Positions 25,596 to 39,615 of a stretch of 64,000 nucleotides of DNA are shown piece by piece. The stretch lies in assembly GCF_018350175.1 (NCBI RefSeq), contig NC_058368.1, positions 184,142,001 to 184,206,000 of the forward strand, read 5' to 3'. Under the pieces are notes generated by a model. The model was not told where the DNA came from. It saw only the letters and a list, made by a program, of their open reading frames with translations, and searched no databases. The stretch comes from Felis catus (taxonomy: Eukaryota). A program made the translations under genes and the position numbers. Position 1 is the stretch's first letter; each line of letters begins with the position of its first letter.

Positions 25596-25672
25596 CCCCT
25601 CCCCCACTCATGTTGTGTCTCTCTCTGTCTCTCAAAAATAAATAAAAACGTTTACAAAAAAGTTAAAAAAAA
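25421..25672 (+). mobile_element. Can-SINE with expanded (CT)n
   Basis: Canonical body. TSD AAGAAACTTAAATTGTTT (25403-25420) / AAGAAACTGAAATTGTGT (25673-25690). Confidence 0.95.
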
Positions 25673-28600
25673 AAGAAACTGAAATTGTGTCCAAAGTAGT
25701 TGTACATTTTCCAAAGTAGTTGTACATTTTACATTCGCAACAAAAGCATATGAAAGTTCCACATCTTCTGCATAGTGCCAATATGTAGTACGTTTGGTTT
25801 TTGTTAATTTTAGCTGTTCTAAAGGTATTGTAGTTGTAGTGTTAATTTGAATTCTTTGGACAAATGAGGTTGAAATTTTTTTTCATATGCTTATTTATCA
25901 TTCATATATCATTTTTGGGTTTGGGTCTGCTTAAATCATTTGCCATTTTTGGGCATTTGTATTTTCTTATTACTGAGCTTTGAGAGTATATAATATATTC
26001 TTGGTTCAAGTCTTTTATCAGACATACACTTTGCAAATATATTCTACAAGTCTGAGGTTTCTATTCCTATGAATGTCTTTTGAATACCAAGAAATCTTAA
26101 ATAATCTTTTAATTTTTGGGGGGATAGTACTTTTGGTGTCATATCTAAAATATCTTTGCCTATGTCACGGGGATTTTTATCTGTATTTTATTTTAGAAGT
26201 TTTGCAGTTTGAGGACATATTTAAGTCTATGATTCATTCTGAATTAATTGTTATATATGGTGTGAAGTAAGAAAAAAAGTCACTTTTTTTGCATGTGCAT
26301 GAATGTCCAATTTTTCTAGCACCATTTTGGTGAAAATACTGTCCTTTCTCCACTGAATTGTCTTTGTCTTTTATAAAGAAGTCTGTTGTTCATATGTTTG
26401 GGTTCATTTCTAGACTTTCTTTTCTGTTCCATTGATTTATATGCCTCTTTTTATGCCAAGGCTACAATGAATCATTATAGCTTCATAATAAGTCTTGAAA
26501 TCAAGTAGTGTTGGTTGAATTCTCCAACCTGATTCTTCTTTTTCAACATTGTTAGGCTACTCTATAGTCTTTGCATATCCATATAAATTTTAGAACAAGC
26601 TTGTCAATTCTTACCAAAAAATTTGCTGCTATTTTGATTGGGATTTCATTCAGTCTATAGATACATCTGGGAGAAATGACATATTAATTATATTGAGTCT
26701 TTCAACTCATGAACAGGATGTATATCTTTCTTTATCTTCTTTCTGATGTTTTATATTTTTCATTGGATAGATATTTTACGCTTTTTGTCATATTTAACCT
26801 TGAATATTTCATAATTTTGATGCTGACTTAGTATTGGTTTTTACACATTAATTTTCAATTGTTATTATATAGAAATACAGTTGCATTTTGTGTATTGTTT
26901 GTAGCTTGCAATTTGCCAAACTCATTTATTACTTCTAGTAGTTTTTTTATAGATTCTTTAGAGTATTGTTCACAGAATATAATGTCATCTATAAATAAAG
27001 ACAGTATTATAACTTCCCTTCTGAGCTGAAGTTCTTTCATGTATTTTTCTTGTTTTATTGCTCTGGCTTAGAACCTCTAGCATTCCACAAATCTTTGTCT
27101 TTTTCCTGATCTTAGAGAGAAGATACATTGTTTTACCTGGTAGGAAGTATGATGTTAGCTGTTGGTTTTATATAGATACTTTGTAACAGATTGAGGACAT
27201 TCCTTTATATTCCTAGGTCGCTGTAGATTTTTATGAGGTTAGGTATAGTAAATTTTCTCTCTCTCTTTTTTTTTTTTACATGAATTGAGATGATCATAAG
27301 GTTTTCCCTTTTTTAATTTGATAATGTAGTGAATTATCATAGACTAATTTTCAAATGTTAAACTAATCTTATATTCCTGTTATAACCCCTACTTGATCAT
27401 GATATTTTTGTACACATAGTGTGTATTAGAACACACTAATAGTGCTGAAAATCCTGTTTAAAAATCTTTCACCTGTGTACATGAAGTATATTAGCCTATA
27501 GTTTTCTTTTTGTAAGACAATTCAGAGCTTGGAAGAAACTTAAGACCAACTTCCTCCACTTCAATTATCTGTAAAAATTTGTGTAAAAAGAATATTACTT
27601 CTTTCTTAAATATTTGGAGGATTTTACCAGTGAAACCGATGGGCCTGGAATTTTCCTTGTTGGAAGATTTTTAAAGGAAAATTCAATTCCTTTAATATAC
27701 ATAAGTTTATTCAGGTTTCTTCTTAATAAAGTTTTATAGTTTGCATCTTTCAAGGAATAAGTCAATTTTATCTAAGTCATCAATTTTTAGGCATAAAATT
27801 ATTCATAATATTTCCTTATTGTCCTCTTAAAATTTATAGAATATGTCATGATGTCACCTCTCTCTTTCCTAAAATTGTAATTTTTTTAAATCCTGATTAG
27901 TCTCCTTTATCCTGATCAGTCTGGGTAGAAGATTCTCATTTTTGAGAAACCTCTTCAATTTTTTTTAATCTCAAATAAGCAGCTTTTGGTTCCATTGATT
28001 TTCCTATAATGTTGTTCTGGGTTTTTTTTTTTTGTCTTATTTTTATTATTTTATTTCCTCATTGGGTTTTATTTGTTCTTCTTTTTCTAGTTTCTTAATA
28101 TGGAAAACAAGATCATTTATTTGAGACTTTTCTCCTTTTCTGATATAGGTACTGATATAGATTCTGATATAGTTTTATAAAGTGACTTCTAAGAACTGTT
28201 TTTGTGATATTCCACAAATATTAATAGGTTGTGTTTTTATATTCATTCAACTCAGATTGTGTTATAATTTCCCTTTTGGTTTCTTCTTTTATTCATGGTT
28301 TATATACACATATGTTATTTAACTTGCAAATGTTTGGGGATTTTTCCAGGGATGTTTTATTATTATTATTATTATTATTAATGTCTAATTGATTCCATAG
28401 TGGTCAGAGAAAATAATTTGTATGACTTAAATCCTTTCAAAATTATTGAGATTTGTTTTATGGCTGTTTATCTTGACTCACAAAGAAAATCACAAGAAAT
28501 TGTGAACTTTACTTTGTTCCTATGTATATTTTTGTCCTTTGTTTTCAGTGCAATTAAATTACTTAGAAATAGTTTGATCCTTTCATTCTTGCTTCTAAGA

Positions 28601-30084
28601 TACATTAAGCTGTACTAGAGCAATGTTTAGTCTAATTATTTCCCAGCAGTAAGTCTAGCTCCTTCTGTGTACTCTATCCAGTGCCCCCTAAATTACATTG
28701 TTCTCCAATCTGACTGGTGGAAACAGCCACCTAATATTCCCAGTCCTGGATCAGAACCAGCTCTCTATTCATAAATCCTTTCTAATGGCTCTTTCTCAGC
28801 CTTGGGTAATTTCCTCCCATGTACTTAGCCGAATATTTGGTAGAAATCCTCTACAGATCTCCACAGAGTTCACTCTGTGCAACCCTCTCCATTTTGGTCC
28901 TCTGTCCTATGAACTTTAGGTCTCTTGATCTCTCTGGATTCACTTCTCCATCTCCCCAACTCAGGGAGTCCACAAAGTTTCCCTTAGGTTCACTCTCCTT
29001 GCACCATAACCTGGATACTCTCTCAAGGCTGGGCAAACACAGGACTGATCTAATTGTTTACCAAGGCTCACAGATCAGTTTTTGGATGGCTGATGCTCAG
29101 TCTTGAAAATTGCTACTTTAAATTTTTAAAATATTTCCCCTTTCTTATGTCAATTTCAAAGCACATTATTTTCTCCCTTTTTTATTGATTTAGATGAAAG
29201 ATATAATTTAGTCCCTATTTCATCTTGACCAAAAGTGGAAATACCCTATTCTAACATTTTAAACCTGCGCAATTGGTAGTTTAATATTTCTCAACCTAAT
29301 ATATAACTTCTATTTAAAATAAAAATTGCTCAGTTAATCTCATATTAGCAATATGATTCTGGAGATATTCTAAGAAAGTAGAGATTTATATTCTATATTC
29401 TAAATATTGACTCTCTCCCCTCAACCATATTCCTTGATTTATTGGAGCCCATTTTGAAAACTGGTGACATATATTTTATGTTAAAATTTAGGAATCAGAA
29501 ATAGTATAACCTAGAATACTTTTTACCTTTAGATTAAAAGTATTGTAACCAAAAGATGCTACAAATAGCTACCAGATGACAGAACTTGCATAAAGAACTT
29601 GATAACCTGCTACTATTTTTCTAACATTCACATACTGAGTGAAGATTGCCAACTTCCGCCTTATGTAAAATCATGAATCTCTTTAGTATACCTGTAATTA
29701 TAAACGAAACTTGCCAAATTTCAAAAGCAGTGCCCTAAAACCATGGATACTATCCCACTTATTTAAATTTTAGAAAAGTCTTTTCTGTTTTCTTTGCCAC
29801 AGTTACCAAATATGAGAACTTAGCTAAAGTAAACTACCCTAGTCCTAACATTTGTATTTGTTCACTCATAATTTGAAAAATTAAAATTGTGCATACAAAT
29901 TGCATGTTCTTTAGATGAAGCTTCACCTTTATCTGCTTCAGATCCTTATCAGATTTTATACTCTTATTTTCATAACTGCATAATCATTTTTCTGTTTTTT
30001 GAACTTCCTATAGTATATCAGCATCTAAGTCACAAAAAAGAATAATAAATAAAGGAAATGGGAAAGAAAGACAGAAGGAAATAA

Positions 30085-30139
30085 GGAAGGAAGGAAGGAA
30101 GGAAGGAAGGAAGGAAGGAAGGAAGGAAGGAAAGAATGA

Positions 30140-30183
<44 letters not shown>

Positions 30184-30184
30184 A
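30085..30184. repeat. Compound (GGAA)n(GAAA)n microsatellite
   Basis: Direct read. Confidence 0.95.
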
Positions 30185-32600
30185 CTCTACAAACTCAAAA
30201 AAGGACCAAATCTATTATCTTCTATAAAGTATGCTGAGCCATTCTCTGTCCTCTGTACTCCTCCCATTTTTATTTCTGAGGAAAATTAAGTGACTTTTCA
30301 TGGGTATAATACCTCCTTAGCTACTGACAGACAGTAGATTCTGTATGGCATATTTTTGCATCTTCATGATGGATGGTTTTTTTGAAATTATATCAAATGA
30401 GATCTGCCATTACCTCAAAGAGAAGCAATTTTACTTTCTCACCGTTCAGTGCTAATATTGTGAATTTATTCACTGAAGCTAAGAATTTCCCTAGACTGGC
30501 ATTCTTTAATTCACTTTACAGATTAGTTTTTAAAAACTCAGTGGTCTATGAAAAATGAAATTTAATTCACAAAATGTGTATTGTCCCTACTCCCAATTTA
30601 TATTCTCCTTTTTCCGTAGCTATCTGCATTTCCTTCTGTAAATTGTCTCTTTCACTTAGCACATAGCATATAGCATTTCCTTTAATGAAAGTCTCTTTAA
30701 TCAATTCCATATATATCTTGTTTTTTTTTCTTTCTGTAAAATTGAGATAATAGCACTTACCTCATGATGTTATTGTGAGAATTTGTAAGCTATGTGGTAT
30801 ATATTAATACTCAATAAATTCCAAGTACGTCTTTTCCTCCTATTATTCTCTCTCACACTTCCTAATACCTCATCCTTTAATATTAGACACATATATTTTG
30901 TTTCCTCAACACCATTCCTGCCTCCATGCCATTGTTTATACTGGATTTCCTACCTACAAAACCTCCACTCATCATAAACCAAATTCTTAACTACATTTTA
31001 CATGACCTTGTTCCAATTCTGTTAAGTCTTCTCTATTAATCTTCTTTTATTGTTCCCTCCTCTAATCTTTTAGTGCCTGCTTCCTAGAGTTTGTTTTGGC
31101 ACATAACAACCTACTATCTTCTACACGGTTTCAATACATAATGAGTTAGGTGTGTTTAGTGTCTTATTTTTCTAATAATACTGTCTACTTCTTAAAGGCA
31201 ATAATTCCTTTTCATTTCCTATCCCCACTACCCCCTTGCTTCAAACTTTTTAGATCTTTAATAGTGTTGAATGGAAATGTAAGTAGACTCTCTCTATATG
31301 CAATTTAACAGAATAAGCTAATGATAAATGAGAAAGAGGACTGATTTTACATATCATTCAATGTCTTCTCTTCCAGCACATCTTGGTTTTTCTCATGTTA
31401 GGCAATTTTTATATTTTACTTTCAAGTTTTCTTTCTAATGGAAGTGCTTTCTAATCTGATGTTTCTGCCCTAGTTAAGGCTCTCTGTGTTGTACTATATA
31501 TCCTCTCTTTTAAAAATATGACTGTTTTTCTTCCTCATCTTTATTTCCCTTCTCCTAAATAAAATCTATGATCTGAATCATCTGAAAACAGATGACAGTT
31601 TACAACTAATTTAAAACATATATTTTAAAGAAATATTGCTTAGTTACAACTTACTTTTGTTGACACTAACGCAGCAATAGCCATAATAGTTGCATGAGGC
31701 AGAATACAGTGACAAAAAATAAAGAATGAAATTTTGTCCAAAATACAAACAAGGAGGACATATTATTCCAAAGGCAGTGTGTGTATGAGGTGAAAGGAGT
31801 GTTAATATACCCATCCAGTAGGTCATATTATTTGTATATAATGTTAATAACATAATACGTATGCTTGTTTTATTTTCTTTGGAGATTATACCTTTGTGAA
31901 AATAGCCAAAGACTTCTATGAAACTAAAGTTTTGTCTATTTCTCATCATCTAGTTTCACTCAAGGAAAGAAAGACACAGATGTTCAATTTAGTTTCTAAA
32001 TTCTATTACCTGTGATTTGAATATTTACATTTGCATAGATGTTGAACAATAAGACTAAGGATAACATGGAAATTTCAAGACTTGTATCACATAACATTTA
32101 TCACAAGCCAGGTGATATTAACTATTCCTCTACCATATGATTTTTGTATCAATCTAATAAATATCACTTATATTTTTCTATGTACCAATTTTTATTATGG
32201 TTTTAAGTTGAATGAAAGTTACTATCTTAGGAAAATGTTTTAAATAGTCTAAGGAAGAGAAAAAAAATAAGAGCAAATAAAAATACATCTGAGAATCTTT
32301 ATAAAATAGTTGAAAAACATTGTAAGTGAATAGAGACATCATACTTTTATCCACTTAGGTGTGTTTGCTTTCCATTCCAAAAAAGTACAAATATATGAAG
32401 CTTGGATTTGTAACACTGAAGGCAAATTTTTGTTTGCTTGTTTCATTTACAATGTGAAAATAATTGGAGCTTCAGATGTAGTCCTGATTTTTAAACTTAT
32501 TAAAGGTTGTCTGCAATATGTATCAATAATAACCTCCCCTAAATTATACTTAGCAATTGCTAAAATGTGCAAACCATTTGGTGTTCAATACTGATAAAAT

Positions 32601-32764
32601 GGGGTGGGGGGGCAGAGAGAGAGAGGGAGACACAGAATCTAAAGCAGGCTCCAGGCTCCAAGCTGTCTGCACAGAGCCCAATGCAGGGCTCAAACTCATG
32701 AACCACAAGATCATGACCTGAGCTCAAGTCAGACACTTAATAGACCCAACCACCCAGGCAGCCC
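32601..32764 (-). mobile_element. Can-SINE lacking its tail
   Basis: Antisense SINE head and body; no poly-T end or TSD visible. Confidence 0.9.
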
Positions 32765-33208
32765 TAAAACATACGATTTCTGGTTTTTTTTCTTTTAATC
32801 CACTAATAATTTTACCCCTTTTACTGATTTTAATTTCCTTTTGTTCAGTACTTTATGATACAGTTCCAGATTCATTAGTCTTGCTACCATTTTGTTTAAA
32901 CATAGTACCTATCCATACCTTCAAAACCTAATATTGACCTCACATTTACAAACAGCTGTAGTACCTCGTACACTTTATCTTTACCAAAACAGGTTGTTTA
33001 AGTAATTCCACCATGAACTTAAAGCTCCAATCTTTGTCCAAAGACAAAAGGTGGACCGAATGGATTAAAAAAAAAGATGCATCTATATGCTATTTACAAG
33101 AGACTCATTTAAGACCTAAAGACACCTGCAGATTGAAAGGGAATGGATGGAGAAACATCTATCATGTAAATGGATATAAAAACCCAAATAAAACAAAACA
33201 AGCCAGTT

Positions 33209-33429
33209 AGTGCACCTGGGTGATTCAGTCTGTTAAGCCTCCAACTCTTGATTTCACTCAGGTCATGATCTCATGGTTTCTGAGATCAAGCCCCATGTTG
33301 GGCTCTGCAATGACAGTGCAGAGACTGCCTAGGGTTCTCTTCCTCTCTCTCTGTCCTTTCCACACTTGTGCACATGTGCACACACTCTCCCTCTCTCAAA
33401 AGTAAATAAATAAATAAACTTAAAAAAAA
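33209..33429 (+). mobile_element. Older Can-SINE nested in the L1 endonuclease region
   Basis: GCACCTGGGTGATTCAGTCTGTTAAG head and A tail. L1 resumes at GAAAGCTGGATTAGCAATACC. Confidence 0.92.
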
Positions 33430-34553
33430 GAAAGCTGGATTAGCAATACCTATATCAGACAAAATAGACTTTAAAACAAAAACTGTAACACAAGACAAAG
33501 AAGGACACTATATAATAAATGGGATAATCCAACAATAAGATGTAACAATTGTAAATATTTATGCATCCTACATGGAACACCCAAATACATAAAATAGTTA
33601 ATAACAAACATAAAATAACTAATTGATAGTAATACAATAATAGTAGGGGACTTAAACACCCCACTTATATCAATGGACATATCATCTAAACAGAAAATCA
33701 ATAAAGAAACAATGGCATTGAATGGCAAACAAGAACAGATGGAATTAACAGATACATTCAGAACATTCCATCACAAGACAGCAGAATACACATTCCTTTT
33801 AAGTGAACATGGAACATTCTCCAGAATAGATCACATATTGCCCACAAAACCAGCCTCAGCAAATTCAAGAAGACTGAAATCATACCATGCATCCCTCTGA
33901 CCATAATGCAATGAAGCTGGAAGGCAACCACAAGAAATATTTGGAAATATCACAAACACATGGAGGTTAAATAACATGCTACTAAACAATGAGTGGGTCA
34001 ACCAGGAAATAAAACAACTAAAAAAGTACATGGAAACAAATGAAAATGAAACTACTACAGTCTAAAACCTCTGAGATGCAGCAAAAGTGATTCTAAGAGG
34101 GAAGTTTATAGCATTACAGGCCTACCTCAAGAAGCAAGAAAATTTTCAAATAAAGGAGTTAGAAAAATAACAACAAAATAAACCTAAAACCAACAGGAGG
34201 AAGGAAATAATAAAGATTAGAGCAGACATAAATGATACAGAAACTTAAAAAAAAACAATGGAACATATCAATGAAATCAGGAGCTGGTTCTTTGAAAAAA
34301 AAACAAGAAAATTGATAAACCTCTAGCCAGACTTAACAAGAAAGAGAGAGAGAAAGAGAGAGAGAACTCAAATAAAATCACAAATGAGAGTGGAGAAATA
34401 ACAATTAACACCACAGTAATACAAACAATTATAACAGAATATTATGAAACCTGTATGACAACATACTGGACACCTAGAAGAAATGGATAAATTCCTACAA
34501 ACATATAAACTACTAAAACTAAAACAGGAAGACACAGAAAATTGGAATAGACT

Positions 34554-35208
34554 TGTGAGAACATATTTCAAGAAATCCATATACTTACATAAATGGGTTA
34601 AGAAAGCTTAGGGCGGGGGCACCAGGGTGGCGCAGTCGGTTAAGCGTCCGACTTCAGCCAGGTCACGATCTCACGGTCCGTGAGTTCGAGCCCCGTGTCA
34701 GGCTCTGGGCTGATGGCTCAGAGCCTGGAGCCTGTTTCCGATTCTGTGTCTCCCTCTCTCTCTGCCCCTCCCCCATTCATGCTCTGTCTCTCTCTGTCCC
34801 AAAAATAAATAAACGTTGAAAAAAAAAATTAAAAAAAAAAAAGAAAGCTTAGGGCGGAAAGCCACTGCTACAGGGCAAAAGCACCAAAGGTTAGCTAGTG
34901 AGATATTATGAGATGCTGAGTAACTTGTTACATCATCTGCAGGAAATTACTTTCTATCTGGCACCAATATACTTTGATCATAAACACCACTTGCCCCCCC
35001 CCAAGACCCTTTGCTTCTTGTACAAGTTAATGATTACTATCTGATTTTCTTCTTCACACTTATGTTTGTAAGATCTTGAGCACTCAATAAATACTGAGAT
35101 GAAATCCCTGCTTGGGCTCTTGTCTCCTTCTGGACATTAGCCTCTCTTGTATTCAGTTCTGCATCTGCTCTCTTGCTGGACAAGAGAGAACTAATAGTCT
35201 GTGACACA
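34554..35208 (+). mobile_element. Solo ERV LTR (~410 bp excluding the nested SINE) inserted in L1 ORF2
   Basis: Starts TGTGAGA, ends GTGACA(CA), AATAAA at 35086-35091. It interrupts the L1 ...AATAGAC|CAATAATCAGC, with short duplicated flanks (GACT/GACC). Confidence 0.8.
34616..34840 (+). mobile_element. Young SINEC_Fc nested in the LTR
   Basis: Near-identical to the 5767 copy. Perfect 16-bp TSD AAGAAAGCTTAGGGCG (34600-34615 / 34841-34856). Confidence 0.98.
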
Positions 35209-37528
35209 GACCAATAATCAGCAAAGAAATTGAATCAGTAATCAAAAATGTCCAACAAACAAAAGTTCAGGACCAGATGGCTTCACAGGTGAGTTCTACT
35301 AAATTTTTAAAGAAGAGTTAATATCTATTCTTCTCAAGCTACTCCAAAGCATAGAAATGGAAGGAAAGCTCTCAAATTCATTCTGAGGCCAGCATTATCC
35401 TCATGTCAAACCTGGATAAAGACACCACTCAGAAAGAGAAGTATAGGCTAATATCCCTAATGAATATGATGTAAAAATCCTTAGTAAAATACTAGCAAAC
35501 TGAATTCAACAATACATTAAAGAAATTATTTACTATGATCAAATAGGATTTATTTCTGGGTTGCAAAAGTGGTTCAATATTCACAAATAAATCAACATGA
35601 TACATCACATCCACAAGAGAAAGGATAAGAACTACAAGATCTTTTCAATAGATGCAGAAAAAAAACATTTGACAAACTACAACATCCATTCCTAATAAAA
35701 ACCCTCAACAAAGTAGGTTTAGAGTTGAACGTACCTCAACATAATACAGGCCATATATAAAAACCCATAGCTAACATCATCCTCAATGGAGGAAAACTGA
35801 GCTCTTTCCCCCTAAGGTCAGGAAAGAGACCAACATGTCCACTCTCACCACATCTATTCAACATACTACTGGAATCCTTAGCCATAGCAATCTCACAACA
35901 AAAAGAAATAAAAGAAATCTAAATTGGTAAGGAAGAAGTAAAACTTCCACTACTTGCAGATGACATGATATTCTACGTAGAAAAAAAAAAGACTCCACCA
36001 AAAAACTGCTAGAACTGATAACCTAATTCAGTAAAGTCACAGGATACAAATCAGTTGTATAGAAATCTGTTGCATTTCTATACACCATTAGTGAAGCAGC
36101 AGAAGGAGAATAAAGAAAACAATCCCATTTACAGTTGCACTGAAAATAATAAGATCCCTAGGAATAAACCCAACCGAAGAGGTTAAAAACCTATATTTTG
36201 AAAACTATAAAACATTGATGAAAGAAACTGAAGTAATTGAAAGTACACAAAATAATGGAAAGAAATTCCATGTTAATTGATTGGAAGAACAAATATTGTT
36301 AAAATGCTTACATTTCCCAAAAGCATTCTGTACACTTAATGCAATTCCTATCAACATACCAACAGCATTTTTCAAAAAGCTAGAACAAACAGTCCTACAA
36401 TTTGTATGGAACGACAAAAGACCCTGAATAGTCAAAGCAATCTTGAAAAAGAAAAGTAAAAGACATCATAATTCCAGACTTCAAGTTATATTACAAAACT
36501 GTAGTAACCAAAACAGTATGGTAAGGGCAAAAAATAGACACAGAGGTCAATGGAACTAAACAGAAAACCCAGAAATAAACCCACAAGTATATGGTCAATT
36601 AATCTTTTACAAAGCAGGAAAGAATATCCAATGAGAAAAAGATGGTCTCTTCAACAAATGATGGGAAAACTGGCCAGCAAAATGCCAAGGGAACAAAATG
36701 GACCACTTTCTTACACCATACACAAATTTAAATTTAAATTAAAAATGGACCAAAGACCTAGATGTGAGGCCTGAAACCATCAAAATCCTAGAGAACACAG
36801 GCAGTAAACTTTTGACATTGGCCATAATAACTTATTCCCAGATATGTGTCCCGAGGCAAGGGAAACAAAAGTAAAAAATAAACTATTGGGACTATCAAAA
36901 TGAAAAGCTTCTACACAGTGAAGAAAACAGTCAACAAAACTAAAATGCAACGTATGGAATGGAAGAAGGTATTTGAAAATGATATATCAGATAAAGGGTT
37001 AGTATCCAAAATATATAAAGAACTTATAAAATTCAACGCCCCAAAAACAAATCATCCAATTACAAAATGGGTAGAAGACGTGAACAGATATTTCTCCAAG
37101 GAAGATATCCAGATGGCCAACAGACCCATGAAAAGATTCTCAACATCACTGATCATCAGGAAAAGGAAAATCAAAACTATAATGAGATATCACCTCACAT
37201 CTGTCAGAATGGCTAAGATCAAAAACACAAGAAGCAACAAGTGTTGGTAAGAAGGTGGAGAAAAAGGAATTCTCCTGCACTATTGGTAGAAATACAAGCT
37301 GGTATAGCCACTGGAAAACAGTATAGAGGTTCCTCAAAAGTTAAAAATAGAACTAGTCTATGATTCAGTAATCACATCACAAATCACACATACTGGGTAT
37401 TTACCCAAAGAATACACAAATTCTAATTCAAAGGGTTACATGCATCCCTATGTTTACTGCAGCATTATTTACAATAGTCAAGATAGAAGCAACCCAAGTG
37501 TCCACTGATTGGTGAATGGATAAAGATG

Positions 37529-37530
<2 letters not shown>

Positions 37531-37574
<44 letters not shown>
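37531..37574. repeat. (AC)n microsatellite within L1
   Basis: Direct read. Confidence 0.97.
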
Positions 37575-37576
<2 letters not shown>

Positions 37577-38483
37577 GAATATTATTCAGCCATAAAAAAG
37601 AATGAAATCTTGTCATTTGCAACGATATGGATGGAGCTAAGGAGTATAATGCTAGGTGAAATAAGTATATCAGAGAAAGACAAATACCATATGATTTCAC
37701 TCATATGTGGAATTTAAGAAACAAAACAAACTAGCAGAGGGAAAAAGAGAGAGACAGAAAAAAAATCAAGCAACAGGCTCTTAATTGCAGAGAATAAACT
37801 GATGGTTACCAGAGGGGAGGGAAGGTGAGGAGATGGGTTAAATAGGTGACAGGGATTAAGGAGTACACTTGTGATGAGCATTGGGTGATGTATGGAATTG
37901 TTGAATCACTACATTGTACATCTGAAATAAACATAACACTTTATGTAACTAATTGGAATTAAAATAAAAACCTAAAAAAATAAAAAAATATATAATTCCA
38001 CCATGAGAACTAAAATTTTCCAATATATTTTCTTTATTACACTAATTAATTGCCTGATTAATCCCCTTTGGCTGATCCTTTTATTTGGGTTTTCTATGTG
38101 TTTAAAATACAGTGTGAAGTTAAAAATAATTTAGTACAATTATGGTCCATTTAACCCAAGGAATTCTTTTACATTATTTGTATTAATATTTATGTGCTAT
38201 CACTACTTTTCTATATAATTTTAATATATGAATTTGTCATGTATATAGTATGTGTGTGTAATATAAAGGCAAGTGTTTAATATTTATTATGAAAAATGTT
38301 TTAAATTATTAACAATTTAAATTAAAATGTTAAATTATTATGCTTTCAAAATCTTATTAAGAGTCATTAATTAATATTACCCTCTTAGATACATACATTT
38401 AGAGCTATAGGGCTTTATTTGTATATTAAAAATTGTTACCTCTTGCCCTTGATATACAGAGCTGGGTTTTTGAGGGAAGGCAG

Positions 38484-38487
<4 letters not shown>

Positions 38488-38523
<36 letters not shown>
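38488..38523. repeat. (ATT)n microsatellite
   Basis: Direct read. Confidence 0.95.
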
Positions 38524-39424
38524 TGTAATAGAGAATACCCAAAAAGAAGGCTTTTCAGAAAGGAAGGCAGAGTTCTTGCTAAGAACTTCCAGTAAAAGAA
38601 GAGTGATAGAATTCCTGGTTGAGGTAAGTTCCAGACACTAAACACCCAGAAACCATTCAAACGTTCAGTACTTTGAAGACATGGCTGAGTTTGTGACGAT
38701 GAAGCAAGAGATCTATAATCTTGCTTCTAAAACATGGGACATGACTCTGGTGAGGCCAGAAAAGGTATCATCATATTATTGAAAAGTATGTTAGGTTGTG
38801 ATGGGCCAGTCTTTTCTACTGATAGCATGAAGCATCCAGAAAATAAAAGGTAAGAGTAGACAAATAATTCTCTAGTTTCTCCTTCCTTCTTCTTGGTATG
38901 TGTAATAAAAATGACAGCTTTTGAAATAAATATAATCTGAAGCTTCCAGACAATTGGTAATAGAATGCATGAACTAGGTACCTATAAATAGGTCAGATAA
39001 AATTTTGAATTATTGCTTAAAATATATGAGGAGTGGGACTGTGTTTATGTACTTTCATGACAGAATAGGCCATATTGGATTTTTCTGTGGGTATATATAT
39101 GTACATGAGTGTGTATATGAACTCATATAATTACGATAAAATCTCCTCTTAAAACCATAAAACAGATTAGTTTTTATTGATCTAGACTGCCCCTTCCCTC
39201 GATGAAGACATCCTCTGAAGTGGACCATACCACTTACACAGTGATTATTATTTTTCAGCAATACCATATATCACTTTAGACATATGTCCCTTCCCTTATT
39301 TAGATTACAAAGTCAAAGATTATTCTGAGATTTATATACACTCTCCAAGTCCACAGCATCAAACACAGTACTCCCCCTATGGGAGATAGAAAAATAGTTT
39401 CGTAGAAGGTAAGGCAAGATAATA

Positions 39425-39615
39425 GGGTGGCTTGTGGTAAAAAGAGCTGAGTTCAAATTTGTGGCACCCTCTCTGACTTGAACAAATTAATTTATCTTTC
39501 ATTTCATATCTTTTCTCACCTGAAAATAGATATAATTATATTGACCTCATAGAGGTTTTAAGATGATTAAATATGAGGTTACTTAGTACTTGGCAAATAG
39601 AACTCAATGAAATTA
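39425..39615 (+). mobile_element. MIR SINE relic
   Basis: TGACTTGAACAAATTAATTTATCTTTC...TTTTCTCACCTGAAAATAGA...ACCTCATAGAG MIR-core similarity. Confidence 0.6.

Larger units (their letters stand above)
24558..29240 (-). mobile_element. Old L1 (L1MD/L1MC-like) with 3' end, decayed ORF2 and 5' region; ORF1 apparently deleted near 28465
   Basis: 3' end AATAGCTTTATTGAGGTATAATTGAC. ORF2 remnants include ORF 26855-27040 (LSLFIDDIIF, the RT FADD motif region). A 5'-terminal-like CATCTTGACCAAAAGTGGAA lies at ~29221-29240. Confidence 0.8.
33017..37992 (+). mobile_element. 5'-truncated carnivore L1: near-complete but disabled ORF2 (EN, RT, C-terminus) plus 3' UTR and A tail
   Basis: ORF fragments ICYLQETHL (EN), [26 protein letters not shown] and EYYSAIKKNEILSFATIWMEL. 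RT motif CTTGCAGATGACATGATA at ~35953. Many stops and frameshifts. Perfect 14-bp TSD TAATTCCACCATGA (33003-33016 / 37993-38006). Confidence 0.95.

Noticed and set aside
28440..28520. Junction of ORF2 to 5' region in the old minus-strand L1
   Set aside because: Too diverged to place the breakpoint; most simply an ordinary internal deletion.
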